From contig CAWHXP010000003.1 in the NCBI GenBank assembly GCA_963833425.1, forward strand, positions 96,001-160,000: DNA of 64,000 nt, in the 5' to 3' direction. Of this stretch, positions 21,437 through 34,022 are shown piece after piece. The notes beneath the pieces were generated by a model that saw only the letters and a program-made list of their open reading frames with translations, was not told the origin of the DNA and did not search any database. Each line of letters starts with the position of its first letter. Within the stretch, counting starts at the first letter, position 1. This DNA comes from an uncultured Methanosarcinaceae archaeon (GTDB lineage: Archaea; Halobacteriota; Methanosarcinia; Methanosarcinales; Methanosarcinaceae). A program made the position numbers and the translations under genes.

Positions 21437-23654
21437 CTAGATAACCGTTAACCCAGTTGGGACCCATAAGGGTGCAAGACCTTTGTAAGGGTACAAGTTA
21501 CCAGGATAAGGATACCAGTTACTATTTTGAGCAGTTACTTTGATTTTAACAGTTGCTGATGCTGTAGTATAGATTGTAGAATCATTTGGCGTGAAAGTAG
21601 TATTCAACGTCTGTGTACCTGGATTCAATATAGTTCCTGGTGGTGGAGTGTAAACAAAGGTTCCAGGTACTGAAGCAGATGCATCCAGCTGAGCATTGCT
21701 CAATGGGGTACCATAGATTATGTCAACAGGATTACTCCAGGTAATTGTAGGAGTTATCTTTTGTGCAGATGCTGTCAAAACATTTATTGTAGCGAGCATC
21801 GAATTTGTGCCGTTTGTGTTACTTACCATCTCGTTAACGGTATAGGCTCCCGCCGCAGGGTAAGTATGCATTGGATTCAACTCATTTGAAGTAGCTCCGT
21901 CTCCAAAGTTCCATACATGTCCGTTGGCATTTGTCGAGAGGTCGGTAAATTGAACCGTAAGGGGACATAACCGCTGGTTACGTTAGTACTGAAACTCGCT
22001 ACTGGAAGACCGTCTACAGAACGACTTTCTGGATTCGTAAATGCCTTGATGCACACATTAGTATTTGAGTAACCTGGCTCTTTAGTTATATCGGTCCAGG
22101 TATTTCCATCAGAACTTACAAAACTTTCGGATGCATTTGCTTTTGCCTGACTACTATGGCCACTGACAGGCATTTCCACAGCAATAGGGTATTGATATGT
22201 AGGGTTTGTAAGCTCCAGTACAACAGAGAATTTCTGGCCGGCATTGAGCTGAACTCCAGAATTCAGGGGAACTGTATGATAGCCTGAACTTTGGATTGTT
22301 CCACTCTGGGTAAGAGCAGGACCTGTTTGACTGATTGGGGTGGACCCTGTATTATTGTAGATATTAATTACATAATTACAGTTTAGGTCCGTCGTGTAGA
22401 AACTGATTGCATTGAGGACTTCGCTAGATTTTGCAGTAAAGATGTTTGCACCCCAGCCTGTTTTGGGGTTAGTTTGAGACGTATTAATTTGCTGGGTCCA
22501 ACCAAGTGGATCGTATTGGTAGATGTTTTTATAATCATTCGGAGTTTCAGCTTTGAAGAATGTATTCATATCGTGTCCGAGATTGGAATCATAATAGGAA
22601 ACATAGAAATACCCATTATCATTGTTTACACCACCCCAATCTGATGCAGTTGTACCCCAGCTATTTTTTATGATAAAAGCTCCATCTCCGGGTGGAGTTT
22701 GTGAGAAATTATTCTTACTAAACGAATCGTCCCAGCCTACAATAGTTACTGCATGATCAGAAGATTGTGTTCCACTATAGTAATAACTGTATGTGTTTTT
22801 GTTATAATTATTTGTACTAGTGGGAGCAAAATACAGTGCAGTAGCTACTGCTCCATAATTCATAATTGCTTGTTTTATGTCTAGATTGTCAGTAGGACCA
22901 TTCCTGTTCGGAAGAAAAGTTACGTTTTGCACATGTTCATGTACAGGAAGACCGAGCTCACTTGACGAAAAGCTTGATGAAGCACTATAAGGATCATCGC
23001 TTGTATCTACAGGTCCGGACCAGCGTGCAAGGTAAGCAGTTGACATCACAAAGTCTCCCCCGTCGCTGGGACTGCGATCAAAACCTTGGGGATTATTTGA
23101 AGAAGAAAGCACGTTCTTCATATTATTTTCTGAAAAGCTACAAGTTTTCCCTGGCATTAAATATGATTCAAGAGATCCATAAGTTGCAAATGTCCAGCAA
23201 GAGCCTGCAGCACTCTGGTTTTCTACTGGGGTTACCTTGTTCAGAGTTCGTAGGTCATAGGAAGTTGGAATAGATGTGTTTGCTGAAGCATACGCGTCTG
23301 CGATTGAAGTATGTTTGAGGTGACTAAAGTCCACAGGGAGGGTGCGAAGCCAGATATATGTCCAACGAAGGAGCGTGCCGCTTTATAGGCAGATTCGTTA
23401 TTTCGGTATTTGATAAATTTAGGGTTTTCTGGTGCAAGTCCAATCTTTGGAGAAAATTCAGTTTGGTTTACAATATCTTTGTGAATAAATTTGTGATCAG
23501 TAGGTGCGGAAATTGGTTTGTTTTCTTCTGGAAATCCTGCAGATGCCATTGCTATTGATGAACCTATGACCAATAAAAAAACCAAAAACTCAGTGAAAAT
23601 TACTAATTTCTTTATTATATTTACATCGTTATTTATATTGTAATTTTTTCCCAT
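21437..23654 (-). pseudogene. Secreted papain-family (C1A) cysteine protease with lectin-like, PKD and Ig-like domains, two frameshifts
   Basis: Signal peptide, catalytic Q..GSCWTFA, HAVTIVGW and IKNSWG, YQYDPLGW lectin-like domain, PKD WNFGDG...NPMHTY. Split into three ORFs at C runs near 23337 and 21962. Confidence 0.85.
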
Positions 23655-24719
23655 GTAGATCTCCTTTTTAATTTATTTACTAATTTCTCACTAACTCTAT
23701 TCGCCATTTCCACCATATATTCAAAATTGTCTCGTTCAACGCCAAACGTTTAATTCTTTAATTTTTGAGTAAACTTTTATCGCTATTGATCAGAGACTAA
23801 AAATGGTGCATCACGCTTTTTTGGGTATAATTTAGAGGGATCTTAGAATTTACTAATCCCAACAATTGATATAATTTATTTACATAGTATATAGTTCTTT
23901 TAAAATGTATATGGTTAAAACTTACGGTATTAACATTACAATAAAAAACTTATGTTGATTACATATAGATTATTTTTTTAACATATATTACCCGTGTTTT
24001 GACATATCATTATAATAAAAATTCTGATAAAAGGGATAAAATAGAAGAAAAACTCTACTAAAAAATCCTCATCTGGAAAATATCAACAGCTTTTAGCCGC
24101 TGAAAAAAGATACAAAAGTGCAAAAATTCACATAAGAATTTAGGAATTTAAGATTCTTGTGAATGATCATCTGAAAATGAGGTTGTTGAAATCGTTTTCA
24201 GATTATATAAACATCATTTTCGATTGGATAATTATTTAGTTAGTATGCCAGCTTTTTTGCAAAACAATGAATATTAAGAGTTTAGAAGAAAAGAAATTCA
24301 ATTTCAGAAGAACCTAATTAAACACAGTATACAAAAATCTAACCTAGAATGTATAGATATTTAGTATTTTCTGAATTCCTAAATAATTTTCCGAATATTT
24401 CATTCATTTTTATTCATGCAATCATATTAATTTTATAGCAGAACTCTCTGCACCAATTAAAATAAGTAAAATACAAAATTTATTAAAATAGTCAATGAAT
24501 TGGCGTCCTGTTACATATTACAGAACTTCCGCAACGGTTTCATAAAATCTGCTATTTCGATAAATATGAGTAAAGCAACATTATGACAATTGAATAATAC
24601 AAATGTACAAATAGTTCGAATAGTTGAATATATATTTAACAGACATCGGAAATATGCAGCCTTTGATCAGAAATATATTTGGAGATTAAAACTTGATACT
24701 CGATTTAATATTTTATACA

Positions 24720-25045
24720 ATCATTGGTAAAGTTGCAGGTATTTGCAATGGATTATTTGGATCGGCGACGACGTTGTAATTATTCAGCGTTAATGTTTTT
24801 AAAAGGATTTTCACAATTAAAAGCCCAAGAAGCTTCCTTAATCGCATTGCTTCCGCCTGTTGGACTTCTTGCATTTCTTGAATACAACAAAAGAGGGAAT
24901 ACTGATTTATATGGTGGTTTAATGATTTGTATTGCTATGATTATCGGCGCAAAGTTTAGTGCATAATTTGCAAATGCGCTCCCAGTGGATATGATGAAGA
25001 AGAGTTTAGGAATCTTATTATGTTAGTAGGACTAAAAAATTTATT
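24720..25045 (+). pseudogene. TauE/SafE (sulfite exporter family) membrane protein relic
   Basis: ALMFLKGFSQLKAQ.ASLIALLPPVGLLA...MIIGAKFSA*FANALP, with a frameshift and a stop. Confidence 0.65.
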
Positions 25046-25079
25046 GGGGAAGAAAATTCAAAGATTTCGTTGATCTGTA

Positions 25080-25620
25080 CAAATAACCAATCTCGTGAAT
25101 TTATTGTAATGTTTCAGTTAAATTTGCATATACTTCATTCGATCAAGTTTTGTAAGATATGGTATTTTTACCTAATAATTTATTATATTTATCATTTTAC
25201 AGAATTTTTGACAACATTCATTATCTTCGTGAGCAATTATCGATAAAAGATACTAGAACTTATTGATTAAGAACTCAAACAGGTAATTTATAATATTAGA
25301 AAGGAACAAGATTTTGAAATACTAGAAATGGAAACGGAAAAAAAACCATATCCATCTACTGTTAAGAACAAGAGCGAGCCAAAAGTCAGCACTCTCGCGA
25401 TCATTCGAAAGCTAAAACAAGAAACAAAAATTAGGCTATGGAAAACTCAAAAAGGGTATTTGAAAAAAATACCATTTGAAAGAACATACACTACTGATTG
25501 ATGGATATGTCACATCTTCGAACAAAAAAGTTAGCAAAAAAGCATCCGAAAGTTACTTACGGGACCAGGATTGTAGTTGACGCTTACATCCACTGGACTG
25601 AGGACCAATTAGTTTACGCT
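25080..25620 (+). mobile_element. IS200/IS605 TnpA relic
   Basis: ILEMET..HIHLL (HuH motif), EPKVSTLAIIRKLKQET and a downstream end-like hairpin. Confidence 0.6.
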
Positions 25621-25770
25621 TTGTCTTATAAATTAAATATCCTTTTAGAAACCTTAATTTCATTACTTTTCTCTCATTTGTAGTTAAAAAGCAGATTTTC
25701 AATTCCAGATCCAGCAATTCCAGCCACCTAACTATATGTTTTTTTATACTATTTCGACAATAGGTATTCC

Positions 25771-26133
25771 ATGATTGATTTCGATACCTTGAAATATGAT
25801 AACAATCTGATTTTTGTTGTTGTTCAGGATTATATCAGCAGAGAAGTTTTGATGTGCGCTTATATGAACCGAGAAGCTCTTGAGAAGACTATTGAATCTG
25901 GAATTGCTCATTTCTGGAGCCGGAGCAGACAAAAGCTATGGAAAAAAGGGGAAACTTCGGGGAATGTACAGAAAGTGAATCAGATCAAGATTGACTGCGA
26001 TATGGATTCTATCCTCCTGCTTGTGGAACAGGTTGGGGGAGCCTGCCACATGGGATATAAATCATGTTTTTTCAGAAATATCGAGGGAAAGATAATAGGT
26101 GAGAAAGTTTTTGAGCCAGAGGACGTCTATTAA
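25771..26133 (+). CDS. hisI: Phosphoribosyl-AMP cyclohydrolase
   Basis: AYMNREAL, WSRSRQKLWKKGETSG, DCDMD, ACHMGYKSCF. Confidence 0.95.
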   Translation: MIDFDTLKYDNNLIFVVVQDYISREVLMCAYMNREALEKTIESGIAHFWSRSRQKLWKKGETSGNVQKVNQIKIDCDMDSILLLVEQVGGACHMGYKSCFFRNIEGKIIGEKVFEPEDVY

Positions 26134-26607
26134 AATTTAAGATTTCAATTGAATTTGAAAATTCCTATTAATTAAAGATTAAATACATTTTTGGTCATAC
26201 ACTCGATAAATTGAAAAAATTTGATTCTGAATCATATTTTACATCTATAGAGGTAGCACGAACATACATAATTGGTTGCAGCGGGTTGAGCAACCGAAAA
26301 TATTAATTTAGACTATCAGTCAACAATCGGAAGTATCTACTGCATCAAAATAGATATCTTAAAACTGACTTTTTTGTAGGCCTAATGGGACAAATTCTTC
26401 ATTATTTTCGGGATACTTGATTGTTTTTAGATCAATTGAAAACTGAATTAAAGGCAAATATTAATGATTTCAGAATATATTAATAATCTCTTAATTTCTG
26501 ATGTTTCATTTTTTTAAAACTTTTCCCATAACTATTTTTTTCTTCCTTAATATCGGAAAACGTGTCAGAGGTTTTCTTATATACTTTCTGTCTCTATATT
26601 CCATTAT

Positions 26608-28521
26608 ATGGCTGAAGATAACCGGATGCGCAGGGTTGTTCCTGACACTAGTGTAATTATTGATGGGAGGCTTTCGCATCGCATCAAAAGTGGTGAGTTC
26701 AAGGGCGCTGAGGTTATTATTCCCGAAGCTGTGGTATCTGAACTCGAAGCCCAAGCAAACAAAGGCAGAGAGATAGGTTTTAAAGGACTTGAAGAGCTTT
26801 CAGAACTCCGCAAGTTGGCGGACATCGGAGAAATTCAGCTTCTATTTAGTGGCGTTCAACCCACTCTTGGGGAAATAAAAATGTCCAAAGAGGGTAGGGT
26901 AGATGCCCTTATCCGAAGTACGGCTATAGATATCGGAGGACTGTTTGTAAGCGAAGACAGGGTACAAGCCCTTATAGCTAGAGCAAAGGGGCTTGATGTA
27001 GAGTACATGTCCCCCAAGATCCTGAACCCCTCAGAACTTTTGCCTCTCAAATTAGATTCTTTTTTCACTGACGATACAATGTCCGTGCACCTGAAAAATA
27101 GAGTACCACCCATGGCTAAGAAGGGGCCCCTAGGAAATGTGCTCTATGCAAGGATTCGGGAAGAACCTGTCAGTTATTCGGAGCTATCTGGTATTTCAAA
27201 AGAACTTATTGAAAGAGCACGATTAGACCCAGAATCTTTCATCGAGATGTCTTTAGATGGAGCTACTGTTCTTCAAATCCGGAATGTGAGAATTGCAATT
27301 ACACATCCACCTTTTTCCGATGATATGGAGATTACAGCTGTCAGGCCAACAGTGATTGTAGATCTTGAGCACTACAGCTTGAGCTATGAGCTGAAAGAAC
27401 GTATTTTAAGTCAGCGTGGCGTTCTTATTGCCGGACCACCAGGAGCCGGGAAATCGACTTTTGCTGCAGGAGTCGCGCGTTACCTGAACGACCACGGACA
27501 GGTAGTCAAAACTATGGAATCTCCAAGAGACCTGCAGGTACCTCCTGAAATTACTCAATATTCACCACTGGATGGTAAGATGGAAAATACTGCCGATCTT
27601 TTGCTTCTGGTCAGGCCAGATTATACGATATATGATGAAGTTCGGAAGACCGTTGATTTCCGACTTTTTGCAGATATGCGCCTCGCTGGAGTAGGAATGA
27701 TAGGAGTAGTGCATGCTACAAGAGCAGTGGATGCCATTCAACGCCTGATTGGAAGAGTTGAACTGGGCGTGATTCCTCAGGTAGTAGATACTGTCATTTT
27801 CATCGATAAAGGCGAGGTTTCAAAGGTTCTGTTGCTTGCATTTACAGTTAAAGTTCCTCATGGGATGACAGAACAGGATCTTTCAAGGCCTGTGATTACA
27901 ATTGCAGATTTCGAGACTGGAAAAGTCGAATATGAGATTTACACATATGGAGAACAGGTTGTGGTTATGCCAATAGAATCTTCTAAAGAGGTGAGGAAAC
28001 CTACATGGAGGATTGCTGAAGAGGAGATAAAAAGTTTTATTGGGAGATATGCATCTGGCCCTATTGAAGTTGAGATAACATCAGATGACAGTGCGCTAGT
28101 GAAGGTCAGGGATGAAGAAATGCGAAAAGTCATTGGCAAGGGCGGGAGAATTATTGACCAAATCGAAAATACTCTGGGGCTTCATATTGAAGTCAGGGAA
28201 ATAGATACTCCAAGAATCTCCAGAGGAAGAAGAAGAGCTAAAAATGAAGTTCCTCAGCAGAAATCCAGGCTTCCTGGCCTTGAGGAGGAAGAGATTATCT
28301 CTTCGGCTCGTCCTTTTATCGAAATAAACAAGAAACATCTTATCCTGAAAGTTCCGGAGCTTGCAGGAAAGAACGTGGAAATATTCATCGAAGACAAATA
28401 TCTCTTCAGTGCACCGGTAAGCCGACATGGAGAAGTGAAACTCAGGATAAATTCTGATCTTGCATCAGATATTATTGAAGCTCAAAATGGAGGAGATTTG
28501 ATTGAAATAAGACTTATCTAG
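26608..28521 (+). CDS. PINc/VapC-family ATPase with KH domains (PINA)
   Basis: PIN motif VPDTSVIIDG, Walker A GPPGAGKST, YDEVR, DMRLAGVGMIGVVHA, KH VIGKGG. Confidence 0.9.
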   Translation: MAEDNRMRRVVPDTSVIIDGRLSHRIKSGEFKGAEVIIPEAVVSELEAQANKGREIGFKGLEELSELRKLADIGEIQLLFSGVQPTLGEIKMSKEGRVDALIRSTAIDIGGLFVSEDRVQALIARAKGLDVEYMSPKILNPSELLPLKLDSFFTDDTMSVHLKNRVPPMAKKGPLGNVLYARIREEPVSYSELSGISKELIERARLDPESFIEMSLDGATVLQIRNVRIAITHPPFSDDMEITAVRPTVIVDLEHYSLSYELKERILSQRGVLIAGPPGAGKSTFAAGVARYLNDHGQVVKTMESPRDLQVPPEITQYSPLDGKMENTADLLLLVRPDYTIYDEVRKTVDFRLFADMRLAGVGMIGVVHATRAVDAIQRLIGRVELGVIPQVVDTVIFIDKGEVSKVLLLAFTVKVPHGMTEQDLSRPVITIADFETGKVEYEIYTYGEQVVVMPIESSKEVRKPTWRIAEEEIKSFIGRYASGPIEVEITSDDSALVKVRDEEMRKVIGKGGRIIDQIENTLGLHIEVREIDTPRISRGRRRAKNEVPQQKSRLPGLEEEEIISSARPFIEINKKHLILKVPELAGKNVEIFIEDKYLFSAPVSRHGEVKLRINSDLASDIIEAQNGGDLIEIRLI

Positions 28522-28614
28522 TTTTCTCAATTCCCTTTTTTCAACACTTTTTACATCCTTAATTCAGTCTAATTTTTTAGTTTTTTTTAATAAGATTTGT
28601 TTGCTATTTTTATT

Positions 28615-28703
28615 GAGAATTTCGATAGATTTCAATTTCAAAAATATCATATATTATGCATCATAAACGACCAGACAATATATTGGGATTTATCGAAATC
28701 TTC
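28615..28703. mobile_element. 89-bp MITE copy
   Basis: GAGAATTTCGATAGAT ... ATTTATCGAAATCTTC. Confidence 0.6.
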
Positions 28704-28829
28704 TTTACCGTATTATTCATTTAATAATCGTATATCAATTTCTTACGTCTCGGATAGAGGTGATACATTAGTTTGAATATAATATTGTTTACGGATATTA
28801 TAAGCCACATTTTAAATTTATCACTTATT

Positions 28830-29300
28830 CAAGGAGAAGAGTTTCATCTGAGGGAAAGATTAGATGATTAAGTTAAGAAAATTCAGAGTCAACTAGCGAG
28901 AAATGTTGAACGAGTTAAAATTGTACTGTTAAGTCTTGAGGGGATAAACAACAATGAAACCTCTTTGTAATCAAAAGATGCTTGCAATGCATTAAAAACT
29001 CAAATACAATGAGTTTTAGGCTTAATTAGAGAAAGCCTGGAGATGAAAAATAAGGTGGAAGGCAAAGAACCATTACAGACAGACTGACCCCATAAATAGA
29101 TTAGTAAAATTGCAGATATAAAACCTGAAATTTCGGCTATCCACGTGAAATATGCCAATACAGATCATTACCAAGTCCATTAAGAAAAACTATAACAGGA
29201 AGCATATCCTAGATTATTAAAGATCAATCAAGGATGATTTCAAAAATCTTGAATGCAAGTAGTACAAAACCCACCTTCTGAGATATACCAAGAATACAAT
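28830..29300 (+). mobile_element. Probable IS630-like transposase relic
   Basis: Fragments VERVKIVLLSLEGINNNE and GRQRTITD. Heavily degraded. Confidence 0.35.
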
Positions 29301-29399
29301 ATATTTTCCCAATATGCCAATCGATTAAAAATTAATCTCACTTTCAACTAATAATAGTGGCCAACCGGGCAAAAAAATTCGACATATTTATACATATGT

Positions 29400-29942
29400 G
29401 TAATGTCTTATCAAATATTCACATTTGCTTAATAATTCTTCCTTGTTTCCTTGGTTTTCAACATGGTTTTTAATAAATCGGAAGCTTAACATCACCTACA
29501 GTTCCAATGTAACCCCTATCATTCCACAGTTTACCACCAAATAACTGTTTTTTAATTATCACCGCATTATTTTAAGATTTTACTTACTACGATACTTTTT
29601 ATAATCTATATCACTATTGAAGAAGAATGCTTTTTGCCTGTCACCAATGAAAAGATGATATGCACGCCAACATTACAGATTGTATCAAACTCAAAATAGT
29701 ATTTTTTTTTACCAATTCCAAAGCATACATATTTTAAATAGTTGATAAATTCATAGTCTAAATAAATTTTGTACGATGCGTCCTAAAAAAGAGTTTATAT
29801 TATTTTAGAGATGCAATTGTTTGCATGACTTCTTTCATTTTTATAATGAAAAATGTAGCTTAAAATATAACTCAATTATTTAACACCGGTTATCTGAGAA
29901 GTTTCCATCTCGGCAGCTTGCTGCAAAGTATTCGACTGGAAT
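29400..29942 (-). mobile_element. IS200 tnpA relic, copy L
   Basis: GCAGCAAGCTGC end hairpin. Fragments INYLKYVCFGIG, YYFEFDTI, IIKSI and KQLFGGKLWNDRGYIGTVG. Confidence 0.65.
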
Positions 29943-30868
29943 TAAAAAACCTAAAAGATAGATCTCAAAAAAGATTCATATAGAATCAAAATCTTCAAAT
30001 TAACTAGCACTAAGTGCTTTTATTTATCTGAATCTTTCACGCAAACTCTCAAATTAAAATTTTAACTTAAAAATCTATCTTCTTTAATTAATTATAGCCC
30101 CGTATTTCTTTAATCCGACTAAAATAAAATTATAATAGCACAAAGTTTTCCCTGCTCATGGGTAAACATCTTGTTGTAGATAAAGGGGACTCTTGAGTAC
30201 CGATCTAAAAAATTATATTAGTATAGAAAGTACTTCAATTTGCCAATTTTTGTACATCCTCGACATAGACTATATTGCAAAGCATGTCGAAAATAATTTT
30301 TATAACACCAAGAGTTGACACTTGAAGTACAGTGTTTTTTTCTGATTAGACTATTTGTGATGAATTATTTCAGAAAACTTTCTTGTGATAAAACTATTTC
30401 TTCCTAAACAGAAGAAACTCTATGCCATTTTTGATGAAAATGAATAAATAAAATTTCCTTCAGGTGGAATCCTTCATTATTTATGAAGTACAATCTCGGG
30501 GGAAAAAGAATCAGTGAGATAATTATGTTGTTTATTAGAGATAATACATAATTTCTATTTAAGAACTTTACATGTTTAATTTTCTATAAAGATTACGGAA
30601 AAGAACGGAATTAAAATGTGTGAGTTAGTTTTTTTCGTGTGAATTAACAAAAAAATTTTTAAATAAATAAGAATAGTCATTAGTAACTAAGGCAAATCTA
30701 ACTACTGTTTCCATGGGAAGATTTATATAATGAAAATACGATGTAAGAGTAGTAGAAAATAAAGAGACGTATAATCTGTTATTAAAAACCAATTTTTTGT
30801 TTTTATAATGATCTTATACAATCTTATTTTTTTTATATCATTACCCGCTAAAGCGGAGGTGAAACAAA

Positions 30869-31078
30869 ATGGCTTTTAATGACAGAGGAAATTCATTCCG
30901 TGGTGGCAGCAGAGGCGGCAGTCATGGTGGTGGTTTCAGAGGGGGCAGTAGTGGTCCTAGAGAAATGACCAAAGTGATATGCTCGGATTGTGGCGTTGAG
31001 ACCGAAGTCCCGTTTAAACCAAATGAAGGGCGGCCTGTTTACTGTAGAGAATGTCTTCCTAACCACAGAAAATTTTAA
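30869..31078 (+). CDS. CxxC-x17-CxxC zinc-ribbon protein with Gly/Arg-rich N-terminus
   Basis: CSDCG...VPFKP...RPVYCREC. SD GGAGGTG. Confidence 0.85.
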   Translation: MAFNDRGNSFRGGSRGGSHGGGFRGGSSGPREMTKVICSDCGVETEVPFKPNEGRPVYCRECLPNHRKF

Positions 31079-31351
31079 GGATAATCTGATTTGAGTGTTT
31101 AAGCTGCGTTAAGTGCTAATTTCTTAACTTAATTTTAATTAACACTTAATCCATTTTCATTACTATTTAGCTGTTATTCTTTCCATTTTTCACTTTTGTT
31201 TTTGCTAAATATTTAACTTAATAAGTAAATTGTAGTTGTTCGGGTGAAGCAGATATAGGTGATGATTCCAACGGAAAAGGTAAGTCAAATCGGAATTGAG
31301 AATCAAAACCAATAGAAACAATTAAACGTTGAAATTGTTGATATAAAAATC

Positions 31352-31720
31352 ATGATAAGAGGAATTAATTTGGCTAATTACAGGAGCACTATTAGAAAAA
31401 GACAAGCAGGATTCAATAAACCAGTAAACTCAGGGGACACACCTGAAATAACAAGGGTACGAACTCCCCGTAAGGACAGAAACGAAGTCCTTGCAACAGT
31501 AGCAAGTTTACTTGGATCAAAAAGAGTCACACTGCAATGCACGGACGGAGTTATCCGAATGGGCAGGATCCCTGGATCCAAGAAAAAAAGAATGTGGATC
31601 CGTGAAGGCGATGTTGTCATAGCCAATCCTTGGGAAGTTCAGAACTCGAAAGCTGATGTTACCTGGAAATACACAAGACCCCAGGTCGAATGGCTTGAAA
31701 GAAAAGGGTACCTTGATTAA
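31352..31720 (+). CDS. eif1a: Translation initiation factor aIF-1A
   Basis: [37 protein letters not shown]. The start may be TTG 31370. Confidence 0.92.
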   Translation: MIRGINLANYRSTIRKRQAGFNKPVNSGDTPEITRVRTPRKDRNEVLATVASLLGSKRVTLQCTDGVIRMGRIPGSKKKRMWIREGDVVIANPWEVQNSKADVTWKYTRPQVEWLERKGYLD

Positions 31721-32429
31721 AATATCTCAAGGGATATCAGTTATTTTTCATAGCGCTACATTGACCTGTAGCCTTAATGAATAAATGATTTTGAATAGTA
31801 GCAATAATAGGATCATTAAACCTAAGAACCCCAAATTGAAGTCACAAAAAAGGTGGTATCCTTAATTAAGTTTTTGACGCATTCATAATTAAGCATCCAG
31901 CGCAACGAATTTTTGCATTTTCATGCTATAAGCAAATTCTTCTTTAACATCCTTAATGAAGCGCTGAATAAAAAGCGAGAAAGAGCACTAAGTAAGTTTT
32001 GTAAAATGAAATCAACCAAATAACAGAGGGCAATATATAAAATTAAAAAATTCTAATCAAAAGTAATCGAGAAGATTTAGCGCAATATTTTTCAGCGAAA
32101 TGTTTTTCCATCCAAAAGCCTAAAAAAACTTGATAGATTAATGTGGACAAAAATACTCACTGTTGCTTTTTCACATAAGATATTTGTACCGCTTCTTTAC
32201 AGTCAAATATTCAAATTTCTATTTTCCTGTATTCGCCTATTTAATTTTCCTAAATTACCTCTTAGTACTTTTGAAGTTACAAAATAGTAATTATAGCTAT
32301 TATTTGGCAGCATAATTGCATTTAGAATTAAACCTCATTTTTTCGTTAAATCATTTGATACCTTCAAAAATTTCATCAAAACCATCTAGGATTTGTTAGT
32401 TTTCACCCTACAAAGTAACAAAAAGATTT

Positions 32430-32930
32430 ATTCCAGTCGAATACTTTGCAGCAAGCTGCCGAGATGGAAACTTCTCAGATAACCGGTGTTAAATAATTGA
32501 GTTATATTTTAAGCTACATTTTTCATTATAAAAATGAAAGAAGTCATGCAAACAATTGCATCTCTAAAATAATATAAACTCTTTTTTAGGACGCATCGTA
32601 CAAAATTTATTTAGAATATGAATTTATCAACTATTTAAAATATGTATGCTTTGGAATTGGTAAAAAAAAATACTATTTTGAGTTTGATACAATCTGTAAT
32701 GTTGGCGTGCATATCATCTTTTCATTGGTGACAGGCAAAAAGCATTCTTCTTCAATAGTGATATAGATTATAAAAAGTATCGTAGTAAGTAAAATCTTAA
32801 AATAACGCGGTGATAATTAAAACAATTGTGGAATTGTGAACTTGGGGATAAAGAATGTCACATTGGTACTGCAGAAGCTGTAACTTCCGACGTAATTAAA
32901 GATTAAGTTAAAATCAAATAATCATGACGA
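32430..32930 (+). mobile_element. IS200 tnpA relic, copy R
   Basis: Inverse of copy L. The distal part reads KQLWNCEL....HIGTAEAVTSDVIKD*V. Confidence 0.65.
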
Positions 32931-33053
32931 AACAGAATTATATAAGAAAATGAAAATATTGTTGTTAAATAATTTCCTTATAACCGAAGCGATCCTCAAA
33001 TTGTAGTTTAGAGTCTCTTCTCACAGAAAAATAATCATATTAATTATGCTAGA

Positions 33054-33141
33054 AAAGATTTAGATAAAACCCCTTAATTTAGTTTTATGCATATAATTGA
33101 CATTAAATGACTCATAAAAGTCAAACATTTATCTAAACCTC
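33054..33141. mobile_element. 88-bp MITE copy (degenerate)
   Basis: AAAGATTTAGATAAAA ... ATTTATCTAAACCTC with TAGA/TATA flanks. Confidence 0.5.
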
Positions 33142-33623
33142 TATATTATATTAACTGAAAGGAAATATACATCTAGTCTTTCTGTAATAACATAGTTTAC
33201 CCTGGCTCCCACTTTCCGTATATGCACACAAAAAAGCTATCTATTTTTTCAATATAGAGCAGCTTAAGAATCAATCTAACTTTTCATGGATTATTAGTAG
33301 AAAACGGACAAACAAATTATGCATCTGAGAAGAGTAAGCTAATTATATAAAATTTATAGAAACCAAGATGTAGTTAAAAATGTCATCATGAAAGAGATTT
33401 AAAAACTAAATCGTTGGAAAGCTAATAAAAGCTGCACCACCAAATTAGAAAAAACAAAATTACCTATAAATCCCAACCCAAATGCAAATCCCCAATAAAT
33501 TTCGCAAAAAATATTTTATAAAGCAGAGAAATAAACAAAAATTCCCTAGGAATTTGATTCCATAATGGTCGAATTTCCGAAAAGAATTTTCAGCCATTAT
33601 GGAGCTAACTTGTTCAAAAGTCT

Positions 33624-34022
33624 TTACTTTGAGGGAGTTAATGGCACCTTTTTACTCATTACTTTCAGCTTCTTGATTGCTGAGATTGTTGCCTGGGATT
33701 CTTTGTAAATTTTATCCTCATAATAGCTTATAATCTCGTCAACAGGAGCTGCAAGGGCATAAATCTTAATCGGTCTCCCTTTTCCAGGCTTCTTTTCTGA
33801 ACGCACACTTACCCAGGACTGGTTACGCATTAACCTCATTGCGAGACTAACTTCGGGTTGCCTTAATCCAGTACTGATTTCAATTTCACGGGATGAAGCT
33901 TCGTCTACATTCATGAGATATGCCATAGTTGTAGCAACATTTCTTGACATCCCGAGATTTCTCAACGTTTCAATAAAAATGTGGTCGTTTTCGTCCAGCA
34001 CTTTTACTTCATAGTCTTTCAT
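33624..34022 (-). CDS. Winged-helix transcriptional regulator (ArsR/TrmB-like, methanogen family)
   Basis: LGMSRNVA, SREIEISTGLRQPEVSLAM, GKGRPIKIY. Confidence 0.8.
   Translation of the reverse strand: MKDYEVKVLDENDHIFIETLRNLGMSRNVATTMAYLMNVDEASSREIEISTGLRQPEVSLAMRLMRNQSWVSVRSEKKPGKGRPIKIYALAAPVDEIISYYEDKIYKESQATISAIKKLKVMSKKVPLTPSK

Larger units (their letters stand above)
29550..32822. repeat. 393-bp inverted repeat (29550-29942 / 32430-32822)
   Basis: The arms are reverse complements. I saw only 2 mismatches by eye. Confidence 0.9.

Noticed and set aside
30845..30861. Hairpin CCGC-TAAA-GCGG overlapping the SD of the CxxC-x17-CxxC gene (possible thermosensor)
   Set aside because: The 4-5 bp stem covers only two SD bases, which is too weak to claim without conservation data.
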